From the NCBI GenBank assembly GCA_963736855.1, contig CAVTQK010000015.1, positions 352,001 to 416,000 on the forward strand: a stretch of 64,000 bases of DNA. The letters are read 5' to 3'. The notes beneath the pieces were generated by a model, which saw only the letters and a list, made by a program, of their open reading frames with translations, had not been told where the DNA came from and did not search any database. Numbering within the stretch: position 1 is the first letter of the stretch; the number at the start of each line of letters is the position of its first letter. The position numbers and the translations under genes are program-made. This DNA comes from an uncultured delta proteobacterium. Its GTDB lineage: Bacteria; Desulfobacterota; Desulfobacteria; Desulfobacterales; UBA2156. Below, one piece after another: positions 10,188 through 20,188 of the stretch.

Positions 10188-10780
10188 GACGATTTTTCAA
10201 CCTGGCGTTTTTCCCTTTTCTGCTGATCCTTTTATCCGGAGTTTCATTTGCCGCATCCGAGGCTTTTAAAGATACGATTTTCAACCCCGGTAAACTCAAA
10301 CCCGTTGACAGCGTTCTGAAAGTCAAGGTAGGGGATACGGCCCCCGATTTCGCTCTCATCAATCTTCAAGGCAAGAAGGTATCCCTCAATTCTTTTAAAG
10401 GAATTAAAAATGTTGTTCTTTCCTTTGTTCCTGCCGCCTGGACCCCGGTATGTTCGGATCAGTGGCCCGGGTATAATATCGCCAAGGACCTTTTTGAAAT
10501 GCACAACGCTGTGCTTTTAGGGATTACGGTGGACAATGCTCCCACGCTTTTTGCCTGGACCCGACAAATGGGAGAGCTTTGGTTCGAGGTCCTTTCCGAC
10601 TTCTGGCCTCATGGGGCGACAGCCGATCAGTATGGAGTTTTGCGCACAGACGGCACCAGCGAACGGGCCCTCTTCGTCATCGATAAAAAGGGGATCTTAC
10701 GGTATATTGACGTGCATGATATTAATCAGAGACCGGATTTTGGGGTCCTGATGAAGGAACTGGAAAAACTCGATCCATGA
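10184..10780 (+). CDS. Peroxiredoxin (AhpC/TSA, AhpE-like) with signal peptide
   Basis: [23 protein letters not shown] (PxxxTxxC), LSDFWPHG and ERALFVID. Confidence 0.88.
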   Translation: MRRFFNLAFFPFLLILLSGVSFAASEAFKDTIFNPGKLKPVDSVLKVKVGDTAPDFALINLQGKKVSLNSFKGIKNVVLSFVPAAWTPVCSDQWPGYNIAKDLFEMHNAVLLGITVDNAPTLFAWTRQMGELWFEVLSDFWPHGATADQYGVLRTDGTSERALFVIDKKGILRYIDVHDINQRPDFGVLMKELEKLDP

Positions 10781-10819
10781 GCGGACCCCCGCCTCCTGAA
10801 CGGTGCAAGGGGTTTTTGG

Positions 10820-13042
10820 ATGACCGAAATGCAACAAGAGACAGAGAATCGGCCTAATCACCTGATCCGCGAAAAGAGCCCTTACCTGCTCCAACACGCC
10901 TACAATCCTGTGGACTGGTACCCCTGGTCGCCGGAAGCTTTGGTGCGGGCCAAAACAGAAGACAGGCCCATACTCCTTTCCATAGGTTATTCGACATGCC
11001 ACTGGTGTCACGTTATGGAGCGGGAATCATTCAGTGATTCCGAGATCGCCGGTCTCATGAACGATCATTTCGTCTGCATCAAACTGGATCGGGAAGAACG
11101 ACCGGACCTGGATCAAATGTACATTACGGCGGTATCAGCGATCCGTGGATCCGCTGGATGGCCCCTGAACGTTTTTTTGACCCCCGACCTGAAACCGTTT
11201 TACGGGGGTACTTATTTCCCACCCGAACGCCGGCCCGGTATGGCTTCCTGGAAGGACATCCTTGAGCTTCTGGCAAAAGCCTGGAAAGACCCGAGTCAAC
11301 GGGAAAAGATAAAAAATTCTGCCGATGAACTCGATACCCTGATCCGGAAGCACCTGGTTGGAGATAAGACGACTTCCCCCATGGAAGCACATCTTTTGGA
11401 GGAAGCTTACCAGACTTTAAAAAAGCGGTATGATCAGGCATGGGGAGGCTTTTCCCCGGCCCCGAAATTTCCCTCCCCGCCCGTCCAGGCGTTTCTGTTC
11501 TACTATTTTAACAGGACTCGGCAAAACGGAAGCGGTGGATCCAATAGGGGTCAACAGGCTCTGGAAATGGCCCTGCATACCCTGAAAAGTATGGCCGAAG
11601 GAGGTATTTACGATGCGTTGGGGGGAGGATTTCATCGGTATGCCACCGACAGCCGGTGGCGCATTCCCCATTTTGAAAAAATGCTTTACGACAATGCTCA
11701 ACTGGTACTTAACTATCTTACAGCGTTTCAAATTACCCGAAACTCATTTTTTAAAAAAATCGCCGAGGAAACACTTGCTTGGGTTGATCGAGAAATGACA
11801 CATCCCCGGGGCGGATTTTACAGCGCCCAGGATGCCGACAGCCTCCAACATCCTTCAAAAAGCGGGAAAAGATCCGCTGAATCCGCCGAAAAGCGGGAAG
11901 GGGCGTTTTACATGTGGATACTGTCCGAAATTGTTGAAGCACTCGGCGAGAAAGAGGCGGCGCTTTTTTCGTACCACTATGGTGTCCTGCCTGCCGGAAA
12001 TGCCCTTGAAGATCCCCACGGGGAGTTTTTCGGAAAAAATATCCTCTTTCAAGCCCACACCCCTAAAGAAACCGCACAGCGGTTTCAGATATCGGAAGAA
12101 TCGGTCGAGGCGATTCTTGATGCAGCCCGAAACCGCCTCTTAAAGGAAAGAGATCGACGGCCCAGACCCCATGTCGACGACAAGATCATCACGGCATGGA
12201 ACGGGCTCATGATTTCCGCCTGGGCCCTGTCGTATCAGGTTCTAAAGAACGCATCTTATTTATCCCGGGCCAAGGAAGCGGCGGAATTCATCTGGAACCA
12301 TCTTTACGATGAAAAAGAGAAGCGTCTTTTCCGGATTTGGCGGGAAGGAGAACGTAAAATTTCCGGTATGGCGGAAGATTACGCCGCTTATATCCAGGGG
12401 TTGCTCGACACCTACGAAGCTGACTTTGATATCCAATGGCTTCACCGGGCCTCAACCCTTGCCCAAATTCTGATCGATATCTTCTTTGACTCAGAGCATG
12501 GGGGTTTTTTCATGAACCCGGTATCGGATGAGGAACGCGCCACTGTCCGAATCAAAGAAATCCATGACGGAGTCATCCCATCGGCGGCTTCCACGGCAAC
12601 ACTGGCGCTGTTTCGGCTCTACCGGTTTACCCAAAAAAAAGCGTTTCTTGAGGCAGCCGAAGCCACCGTTCAATCTGTGGTCCCAACCATGCGTCAAAAC
12701 CCCATCGCCGCACCGTTGATGCTGACGGCCGCAGAATACCTTCTGGAAAAATCCCTGCAGATCATCCTTGCTGGAGATCCGAAAGATCCAGTAGCTCTCC
12801 AAATGCTTGAAGTCGCTCATGCCTTATATCATCCGGGTAAGACTCTGATTGTTGTAAACAACCAGACCAGTCGGATGCAATGGGCAAAATGGCTTCCTTT
12901 TATCGCCGACATCCCTCTTGAAGACGAAAAACCAACGGTCTATTTGTGCAAAGATCATACCTGTTCGTTACCTATCGAGACCTCGGAAGCCCTTAGGAAT
13001 ATTCTCGACTCTGACAAGGAGCCTGGATCAAGCGAACCATAA
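10820..13042 (+). CDS. YyaL/DUF255 thioredoxin-domain protein
   Basis: [37 protein letters not shown] and [11 protein letters not shown]. Confidence 0.93.
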   Translation: MTEMQQETENRPNHLIREKSPYLLQHAYNPVDWYPWSPEALVRAKTEDRPILLSIGYSTCHWCHVMERESFSDSEIAGLMNDHFVCIKLDREERPDLDQMYITAVSAIRGSAGWPLNVFLTPDLKPFYGGTYFPPERRPGMASWKDILELLAKAWKDPSQREKIKNSADELDTLIRKHLVGDKTTSPMEAHLLEEAYQTLKKRYDQAWGGFSPAPKFPSPPVQAFLFYYFNRTRQNGSGGSNRGQQALEMALHTLKSMAEGGIYDALGGGFHRYATDSRWRIPHFEKMLYDNAQLVLNYLTAFQITRNSFFKKIAEETLAWVDREMTHPRGGFYSAQDADSLQHPSKSGKRSAESAEKREGAFYMWILSEIVEALGEKEAALFSYHYGVLPAGNALEDPHGEFFGKNILFQAHTPKETAQRFQISEESVEAILDAARNRLLKERDRRPRPHVDDKIITAWNGLMISAWALSYQVLKNASYLSRAKEAAEFIWNHLYDEKEKRLFRIWREGERKISGMAEDYAAYIQGLLDTYEADFDIQWLHRASTLAQILIDIFFDSEHGGFFMNPVSDEERATVRIKEIHDGVIPSAASTATLALFRLYRFTQKKAFLEAAEATVQSVVPTMRQNPIAAPLMLTAAEYLLEKSLQIILAGDPKDPVALQMLEVAHALYHPGKTLIVVNNQTSRMQWAKWLPFIADIPLEDEKPTVYLCKDHTCSLPIETSEALRNILDSDKEPGSSEP

Positions 13043-13255
13043 CGGCGTTTTTTCGTTTCCCAGAATCCTTGATTTCGAACTTTTTAAAGGCGTGTGAGTG
13101 CAAAGCCAAAACGCGGGCTTGTAAAGAAAGGCGCTAAAGCTTATGGTATAACCCATATCGGTTTGCTTTCCCGATTTTTTTTGGTTCGGGATCTGAACTC
13201 CCCGAGTCTGCTCGAAGTCCAATAAAATGCATTTTAAACAGGGAGGAAAACAAGC

Positions 13256-13510
13256 ATGAAGAACCCTAAGGTGAAGCTATTTGCTCTGAGCACCTGCAGC
13301 CATTGTAAATCCACAAAAAAACTGCTGGATGACTGTACTGTCGAATATCAGGTAGTGGATGTGGACCTCTTGCAGGGAGATGAGCGGAAAGCCATCCTGG
13401 AGGATGTGAGGAAGATCAATCCCAGTTGTTCCTTCCCCACCGTCATCATCGGCGACAAGGTGATTGTCGGATACAAAGAAAACGAAATCAAGGAGGCGCT
13501 GGGTCTGTGA
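13256..13510 (+). CDS. Glutaredoxin-like protein
   Basis: LSTCSHCKSTK, SFPTVIIGDKVIVGY; GGGAGG RBS. Confidence 0.9.
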   Translation: MKNPKVKLFALSTCSHCKSTKKLLDDCTVEYQVVDVDLLQGDERKAILEDVRKINPSCSFPTVIIGDKVIVGYKENEIKEALGL

Positions 13511-13842
13511 TGGATGTCCAAAAACTGTATCATCATCTTAAGGAGATTCAGGAAAAAAAAGGTTACCTTTTCAACCAGAACCGGGAAAGGGTTTTCGAGC
13601 TTCTCGAAGCCCTTTTGATCAACAAGGAACGTTACGGTTATATGGCCTGTCCCTGCCGGTTGGCCTCCGGAGACAAAGAAAGGGACAAAGATATCATTTG
13701 TCCTTGTGTGTACCGAGAACCGGACGTTCTGGAATACGGGAGTTGCTACTGCAACCTTTACGTTTCAAAAGAGTGGGATGAGGGAAAGATCGAACACCGC
13801 TATGTGCCGGAAAGACGCCCACCGGAAAAGATTGGAATATAA
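13510..13842 (+). CDS. Ferredoxin:thioredoxin reductase catalytic subunit-like protein
   Basis: YGYMACPCR...IICPCVY...GSCYCNLY; ATG at 13510 overlaps the glutaredoxin stop. Confidence 0.9.
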   Translation: MDVQKLYHHLKEIQEKKGYLFNQNRERVFELLEALLINKERYGYMACPCRLASGDKERDKDIICPCVYREPDVLEYGSCYCNLYVSKEWDEGKIEHRYVPERRPPEKIGI

Positions 13843-13847
13843 TCTCC

Positions 13848-15074
13848 CTACCCCCCAAAGTCATCGAAGGCAATCATCTCCTTTTCTACCCCGGCGTTGT
13901 CTAGCATTTCCTGGACCGCCTTGAGCATCGGAGGAGGTCCGCATAAATAAAATTCGATTTCCGTGGGATCCGGGTGGTTTTTCAAATATTGCTCGTATGC
14001 CGCCTGGTGGATATAGCCCGTCAAGCCCTCCCAGCGATCCTCGGGTTCGGGATCAGAAAGCGAAACGACGAATTTGAAATTCGAGTAATGCTTCTCCAAC
14101 TCCCGGAATTCTTCTTCGTAGAACAGCTCCTTTTTTGAACGGGCGCCGTACCAGAATGACATCTTGCGCTCTGTCCTCAACGTGAGAAGCTGATGAAAAA
14201 TGTGGGCCCTCAGCGGCGCCATACCGGCCCCGCCGCCGATGAAACACATCTCCCGCCCGGTGTCTTTGATAAAAAAATCTCCGTAGGGTCCGCTGAGAGT
14301 CACTTGATCTCCGGGTTTCAACGTAAAAAGATAGGAAGATGCGATTCCGGGGGGAATTTCCAATTCCCCGGGTGGCGGCGTGGCGATTCGGATGGTAAAT
14401 ATCAACTCCGGCTCCTCCGGGGTGTTGGCCAGAGAATAGGCGCGAAAAATCGGTTCTTCTGCTTTTGCCTTAAGCCCCCAGAAATCGAAACGATCCCACA
14501 CCTTTTTATAAGTTTCCCCTACATGGATCTCCCGGTAGGACCGTTCATATTCGGGAATATCGATCTGAACATAGGCCCCGGTTTTGAAATCCATCCTTTC
14601 GTTTCCTTCAAGTTTCAGCCTCAGTTCCTTGATGAAAGAAGCCAAATTCTCGTTGGAAACCACGATGGCGCTGTATTTCTTGATGTTGAAGATCTCCTCG
14701 GGGATGCGGATCTTCATATCTTCTTTGACTTTGAGCTGGCATGCCAGACGGATGCCGTTGTTTTTTTCATCCCGGCTCAGATGAGCCAGTTCAGTGGGAA
14801 GGATATCCCTTCCTCCGGCTTCAATCCGGCATTTGCACAAACCACAACTTCCTTTGCCGCCGCAGGCCGACGATAGCAAAACGCCGTTTTGGGTCAATGC
14901 GGAAAGGAGTGTTGCGCCCGTGGGGGTTTGAATACTTTTAGCCGGATCCTCGTTGATGACAATGGTCCGGTCCCCCTTGATGACGACTTTTGCCTCCACC
15001 AATAGAAGGGCGATGACCATCAATCCGATGACGCCGGCAAAAACCGCCAGTGCTATGACCCAGGTCTCCAACAC
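13848..15074 (-). CDS. nqrF: Na+-translocating NADH:quinone reductase subunit F
   Basis: SACGGKGSCGLC 2Fe-2S motif, RAYSLAN, IGGGAGMAP, YLCGPP and DDFGG C-terminus. Confidence 0.95.
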   Translation of the reverse strand: MLETWVIALAVFAGVIGLMVIALLLVEAKVVIKGDRTIVINEDPAKSIQTPTGATLLSALTQNGVLLSSACGGKGSCGLCKCRIEAGGRDILPTELAHLSRDEKNNGIRLACQLKVKEDMKIRIPEEIFNIKKYSAIVVSNENLASFIKELRLKLEGNERMDFKTGAYVQIDIPEYERSYREIHVGETYKKVWDRFDFWGLKAKAEEPIFRAYSLANTPEEPELIFTIRIATPPPGELEIPPGIASSYLFTLKPGDQVTLSGPYGDFFIKDTGREMCFIGGGAGMAPLRAHIFHQLLTLRTERKMSFWYGARSKKELFYEEEFRELEKHYSNFKFVVSLSDPEPEDRWEGLTGYIHQAAYEQYLKNHPDPTEIEFYLCGPPPMLKAVQEMLDNAGVEKEMIAFDDFGG

Positions 15075-15089
15075 GGCTCACCTTTTCCG

Positions 15090-15698
15090 CTACAATGAAA
15101 TTCCCGCAAACAACATGAAACCGATGGCCATCAAGCCGGTAGTGATCATGTTGATGGCAAAACCCTGCAATCCCACCGGCACATCGGCGTAACGAAGTTT
15201 CTTCTGAATGGCGGACATGGCAATGATGGCCAGAGCCCAGCCAACCCCCGAGCTGGCGCCGTAGACAACCGTCTCGGTGAAAGAATATTGGCGCTCCACC
15301 ATGAACAGTGCAACACCCAGGATGGCGCAGTTGACGGTGATCAGGGGGAGGAAAACCCCCAAGGATGCATACAGGGCCGGGGAATACCGATCGATGACCA
15401 TTTCCAGAGCCTGCACGATGATGGCAATGGTGGCGATAAAAAGAACCAGCTTCAGGTAGCTCAAATTCACCTCGGGAAGCCCTGCCCAGGCGAGGGCACC
15501 CGGCGCCAGCAGATGGTTATATATGAGCCAGTTGACCGGTGTGGTGACAGTCAGCACAAAAATTACCGCAACGCCAAGCCCGGCGGAGGTCTTCATGTTC
15601 TTGGAAATTGCCAGAAAGGAGCACATCCCTAAAAAATAAGCCAGAAGGATGTTGCCCACAAAAATCGAATTGACGGCGATGCTGATCAGATTTTCCAT
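15090..15698 (-). CDS. nqrE: NQR subunit E
   Basis: [22 protein letters not shown]; operon position. Confidence 0.93.
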   Translation of the reverse strand: MENLISIAVNSIFVGNILLAYFLGMCSFLAISKNMKTSAGLGVAVIFVLTVTTPVNWLIYNHLLAPGALAWAGLPEVNLSYLKLVLFIATIAIIVQALEMVIDRYSPALYASLGVFLPLITVNCAILGVALFMVERQYSFTETVVYGASSGVGWALAIIAMSAIQKKLRYADVPVGLQGFAINMITTGLMAIGFMLFAGISL

Positions 15699-15737
15699 GA
15701 ATGGCAAAACCCTGTTTTTTCCGATTTTCGGAAGCGG

Positions 15738-16415
15738 TTATCTTCCCTTTTTCTTTGAAAGCAACGTATGCTCCAGCCAGACGAACAGCCCGATAATGAT
15801 GAAAGCCCCGGGGGCAAGCCGCATCAATCCATTGTTCATGTACCCTGCCTCATAGAAATAAGCGGGGATGACCGGATAGCCGAACAGCGCCCCGGCTCCC
15901 AGTAATTCCCTCAAGAATGCGACACCGACCAGCACCGAGCCGTATCCGATGCCGTTTGCCATACCGTCCACAAAGGACTTCCAAGGCGGGTTGGAGAGGG
16001 CATACCCCTCCGCGCGACCCAGCACGATGCAATTGGTGATAATCAACCCGACGAAAACCGACAGCTGGCGGCTGACATCGTACATGAAGGCTTTCAGGAA
16101 TTCATCGGCCAGAATCACCAGAGTCGCGATCACGCTGACCTCCACCATGATTCGGATGTTTCGGGGAATTGTGCGCCGCATCAGGGAAATGACGAGGCTG
16201 GAAAATGCCACCACCAACGTCAGCGAGATGCTCATGACCAGAGCGGTCTTCATTTGCACGGTTATGGCCAGAGTCGAGCAGATCCCCAGAATCTGCTTGG
16301 AAATGGGGTTGGCTTCCCACAAGGCGCGGACAATGGCCTTGAAGGATTGACTCCTGCGGAAAAGCGGTATGAGGTTTCGGGTCATCCGATCACTTCGATT
16401 CTTGCTTCGGTTCAT
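15738..16415 (-). CDS. nqrD: NQR subunit D (start may be 16385)
   Basis: QILGICSTLA, VFVGLIITNCIVLGRAE. Confidence 0.93.
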   Translation of the reverse strand: MNRSKNRSDRMTRNLIPLFRRSQSFKAIVRALWEANPISKQILGICSTLAITVQMKTALVMSISLTLVVAFSSLVISLMRRTIPRNIRIMVEVSVIATLVILADEFLKAFMYDVSRQLSVFVGLIITNCIVLGRAEGYALSNPPWKSFVDGMANGIGYGSVLVGVAFLRELLGAGALFGYPVIPAYFYEAGYMNNGLMRLAPGAFIIIGLFVWLEHTLLSKKKGR

Positions 16416-16434
16416 CTTGTTTCTGCTTCTGTCT

Positions 16435-17142
16435 TCATTTCACACTTGATATCATATGCTTTCTGAAACGGATCGACACCGGTTCATAATTTTCCAAAAC
16501 CTGGCGGACTCCGGCTGTCAGATATCGCCCTGTTAATGTGGCGCCGCTGATTCCGTCCACGTAGTGGGAGAGCATCTCATCCGAAACAAAATTTTTAGCG
16601 GCCCCCCGGGTGATGCTGACGGAGACAAATTCACCTTCTTTGTTGATGATCTTTTTCCCGATCCAATTTTTCTGAAACCATTCCTTTTCGATCTCTCCGC
16701 CCAGGCCGGGAGTCTCAGCGTGCTTGAAGACAGTGAATCCGGCGATGGTAACCCCATCGTTTTCGAGGGCCAGATATCCGTAGATCTTTCCCCACAACCC
16801 CCTCGACTCCACAGGGACTGCATAGTTTCGTATCTTTTGGCCGTCAAGCCGGACGTAAAGGGCCAAATCGGCCTCCTTCCGCCTTTGAGTATCCACCAAG
16901 TCTCCTGCCGGGGTCACCCAAAATGTTCGAATATTTTGGTCATAGATCCTTTCGATATCGCTTTCAGAGAGGATTTTCCACGTTTCAATCAAACCGACGG
17001 CTTTTAAAATGTTGCGTTTTTTTTCTATGCGCATGTTGTTTTGCTGCAGGTCCTGCAACCCTGTGGAGGCTGCCGTGAGCAATGTGCTGCAAACCAAACA
17101 AAGGAGACCGGCAAAAAGGAGAGAACGAAGGCGCTCAGACAT
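16435..17142 (-). CDS. nqrC: NQR subunit C
   Basis: GLWG, HAETPGLGGEI and VDGISGATLT (FMN-binding Thr). Confidence 0.93.
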   Translation of the reverse strand: MSERLRSLLFAGLLCLVCSTLLTAASTGLQDLQQNNMRIEKKRNILKAVGLIETWKILSESDIERIYDQNIRTFWVTPAGDLVDTQRRKEADLALYVRLDGQKIRNYAVPVESRGLWGKIYGYLALENDGVTIAGFTVFKHAETPGLGGEIEKEWFQKNWIGKKIINKEGEFVSVSITRGAAKNFVSDEMLSHYVDGISGATLTGRYLTAGVRQVLENYEPVSIRFRKHMISSVK

Positions 17143-18319
17143 TGGGCACCCGTCTTTTCAAGCGAATCTTGATTTCGATCTCATCAAACAACGGCGCAAA
17201 GATATTCATGAAAAGGACTGCCAATCCCACCCCTTCCGGAAAGGCCGGATTGAAAACCCGTATCAATACGGTAAGGACACCGATACAAAATCCAAAGACC
17301 CAACGAGCCCCTTGCATGTGGCAGGAGGAGACCGGATCGGTGGCCATGTAAGCAAATGCGAACATGGATCCGCCCATGACAAGATGATAGAAGGGGTTCA
17401 GGGAAAGATACGGCATCGAATTCGGACCGGCAATCATGTTGAGGATTCCGGCTGTGGTCAGCAGTCCCAGGATACAACCGATGATGATGCGATAATTGGC
17501 GATTCCCAGAAGGATCAAAAATCCCGCGCCGATGACACATAAAAAGGTGGCGGTACCGCCGATGCTTCCCGGGTATAGGCCGAAAAAAAGTTTAGTAAAG
17601 GTGTAACCCGTATCGGAAAGCACCACATGGACATCTTGCATCTTCTCTATGTTGCCGGCTATCGACAAAGGTGTGGCGCCTGAAAAGGCATCCACGGCAG
17701 CCGTTTTGCCGTCGATGAGGAGTGTCCAGACCGCATCCCCTGAGATCTGGGCCGGATAAGCGAAATACAGAAAAGCCCGACCGGTGAGCGCCGGATTCAG
17801 GAAGTTCCGCCCCGTTCCCCCGAAAATCTCTTTGCCGATCACGATACCGAAAGAAATACCCAGGGCCGCCTGCCAGAGGGGTATTGTCGGCGGAAGCGTC
17901 AGAGGCAGGAGGGTGCAGGTCACCAGTACGCCTTCGGATATGGGATGTCTTCGAATGACGGCAAACACGACTTCCCATGTAAATCCCACCGCAAAGACCA
18001 CCGCCACGATAGGCACCACTGCTTGGAAGCCTATGAAAACGGCACGCAGAAAATTCGGAGAATGACCGGATGCCAGAAGCGCTTGGCAACCCACGTTGTA
18101 AACGCCGAATCCATAGTGAGGAAGGAGGGCGACGATGACCAGCATCATATACCGTTTAACATCCAGGCTGTCCCGGACGACCGGAGCCGTGGCGGTGAAT
18201 CGCGGCCTTGTCACAAATACCGACTCCAGGACTTCATACAGGGGTGCAACCCGTTTCAGGGAGCCGTTTTGATCAAAGGCCCTGCGGAGCGATTCGAATA
18301 GCGTCTTTTGGGTACTCAT
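17135..18319 (-). CDS. nqrB: NQR subunit B
   Basis: KEIFGGTGRNFLNPAL, FAYPAQISGD, DAFSGATPL and MATDPVS. Confidence 0.94.
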   Translation of the reverse strand: MSTQKTLFESLRRAFDQNGSLKRVAPLYEVLESVFVTRPRFTATAPVVRDSLDVKRYMMLVIVALLPHYGFGVYNVGCQALLASGHSPNFLRAVFIGFQAVVPIVAVVFAVGFTWEVVFAVIRRHPISEGVLVTCTLLPLTLPPTIPLWQAALGISFGIVIGKEIFGGTGRNFLNPALTGRAFLYFAYPAQISGDAVWTLLIDGKTAAVDAFSGATPLSIAGNIEKMQDVHVVLSDTGYTFTKLFFGLYPGSIGGTATFLCVIGAGFLILLGIANYRIIIGCILGLLTTAGILNMIAGPNSMPYLSLNPFYHLVMGGSMFAFAYMATDPVSSCHMQGARWVFGFCIGVLTVLIRVFNPAFPEGVGLAVLFMNIFAPLFDEIEIKIRLKRRVPNV

Positions 18320-19740
18320 CGGTGCACCATCTCCTTATAAAAATCTGCTCTGGCGGTTTTCAGTATTTGGGCCAGATCGATTTTGGATGGGCATACATGG
18401 GAACACAGTCCGCATTCAACGCAATCCAGAATGCCATGTTTCAGGGCTTCTTCCATTTCATTGATGATGATGGTCTTGTAGGCAAACTGTGGCAGGATAT
18501 CCACCGGGCAGACGTCGGCGCAATAGCCGCATCCGATACACGCACGTTCCTCCCCATGGTAACGGCCATCGACGGTCATAGGAGCAGGATTGAGACGCGA
18601 TAAGAAGGCCCTCGAATAAGTAGGTTTGCGATATCCGGGTTTAAAAAGCGCCAATATTTCAGCCTTCTTGTCATTGGGAAGGACGGCCACGGCGGTTTCA
18701 TGGAAACTGAGATAGCCGTCGCCGGGCTCCGGATAACCGGTAAAGAGACCTCCCACCACAAAGCAGTGGTCGCCGTTGATGGTTCCGAATTGGGCGATGT
18801 GGTTCAACGGTGCACCCATCCGGGTTTCGACATGACACGGATGTTTGACGTCTGGGCCTGCCAAGACAATGGTTCTTTCCATGGGATATCGCCCGTCCCG
18901 GAGGAGACGCGCCAAAAGAAGCACATCCTGGCCATGAATATACCAGGTTCGCTTTTGATTGAGGTCGATCTTGGTCCGATATAAAAAGACCCCCGCATCC
19001 CCGCAAGGATATTTCCCGGATACCGTGTGGGTGGCTATCTTATGTAAGAAATCGGGGGCATCGTTTCCGGATGGCAAGACAACATCAACATTTGCCGCCA
19101 GCCTTTTCAGCGCCCGGATGCCGAATTGAAAAAGGTCCTCCCGGCCTCTGAGATAAACTGAGGGTTCCGGCTCAAAAGGCTCCTGAGTCCCCATGGTGAC
19201 GATGATCCCGGGAGGCTCGCCGTGGTAAAAAGGAATGTTTTTAAAAGGGAGTTCTCGAATCAAGGCCCACAAGCCTCCCTCCTGGATTCGGGTAACCAGA
19301 TCTTTTGTATCCATCGTATCGAGGGTAGCCTCTGAAATCGAACTAAAGGTCTCATCCCCCTCTTTGGAGTCGAGCCGGATGACGATCGCTTCGAGGACCC
19401 GGCGGGGTCCGAAGCGGACAGTCTCCACTTTTCCTGAGCCGGGGGATCGAAATTTCAAATCCGGCCGGTGCTTTTCTGAGAACAGAAGGGATCCCACCTT
19501 AACGGAATCCCCTTCTCTGACAGCTAGGCGGGGTTTAATAAAGCGAATATGCTTAGGGACAAGAGCCACCCTTTCAGGGGCTTCGAGCCTTTGGAGTTCC
19601 AACGACGGCTTTCCGGCCGCTTGGAGGTTAAACCCTTTTTGGATCCGGATGAATTTCAAGTGTTTTGATCCTGATAAGTACCATTTGATCAATTGAAGGT
19701 GATCTTTTACCATTCTCCCGCTCGATTTACAACCAGCCAC
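18316..19740 (-). CDS. nqrA: NQR subunit A with an intact C-terminal 2x[4Fe-4S] ferredoxin domain (true start probably TTG at 19659)
   Basis: IRIQKGFNL...KPRLAVREGDSVKVGSLLF...SPGSG N-terminus; CIGCGYCADVCP and CVECGLCSHVCPS. Confidence 0.85.
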   Translation of the reverse strand: MAGCKSSGRMVKDHLQLIKWYLSGSKHLKFIRIQKGFNLQAAGKPSLELQRLEAPERVALVPKHIRFIKPRLAVREGDSVKVGSLLFSEKHRPDLKFRSPGSGKVETVRFGPRRVLEAIVIRLDSKEGDETFSSISEATLDTMDTKDLVTRIQEGGLWALIRELPFKNIPFYHGEPPGIIVTMGTQEPFEPEPSVYLRGREDLFQFGIRALKRLAANVDVVLPSGNDAPDFLHKIATHTVSGKYPCGDAGVFLYRTKIDLNQKRTWYIHGQDVLLLARLLRDGRYPMERTIVLAGPDVKHPCHVETRMGAPLNHIAQFGTINGDHCFVVGGLFTGYPEPGDGYLSFHETAVAVLPNDKKAEILALFKPGYRKPTYSRAFLSRLNPAPMTVDGRYHGEERACIGCGYCADVCPVDILPQFAYKTIIINEMEEALKHGILDCVECGLCSHVCPSKIDLAQILKTARADFYKEMVHR

Positions 19741-19890
19741 ATGCGAGCAACTAATTTCAGTTCAAGACTTTCGGCCTTGACTTTTAAAGTCTTTGCCATC
19801 ATAGTAATTTTTGAATGTGAAAATGTTCCCTATTTTAATTGCCCGTTTCAATTCATCTTTTTTCCTTATTTTATCAAGAAGGAGCAATAA

Positions 19891-20103
19891 ATGGTCATGG
19901 GGGAAAAACATTTTAAGAAGGTATGTAAATGTCAACACTGCGGCAATGAGGCGGAAATGCTTGTCACCTGCACTCTGGAACACTCCCATGAGGAGGCGCA
20001 CAGCGAGACAGCACCCGAGGCAAACCCTGATAAAAAGCGCCTTAAAGGCAAAGGAATTTGCACCTCCTGCGGAAATGAAGCGGATATGTGGATCGATCTT
20101 TAA
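19891..20103 (+). CDS. Small Cys-rich putative metal-binding protein
   Basis: CKCQHCGNEAEM...CTSCGNEADM internal repeat; AAGGAG RBS. Confidence 0.7.
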   Translation: MVMGEKHFKKVCKCQHCGNEAEMLVTCTLEHSHEEAHSETAPEANPDKKRLKGKGICTSCGNEADMWIDL

Positions 20104-20188
20104 GATCGAAATAATGGATCCACAAAACGCATGGAGACCGGGTTCGGCCCTCTCCGAATAAAGAAAGAATGACGGAGAAGTAGAGCAA

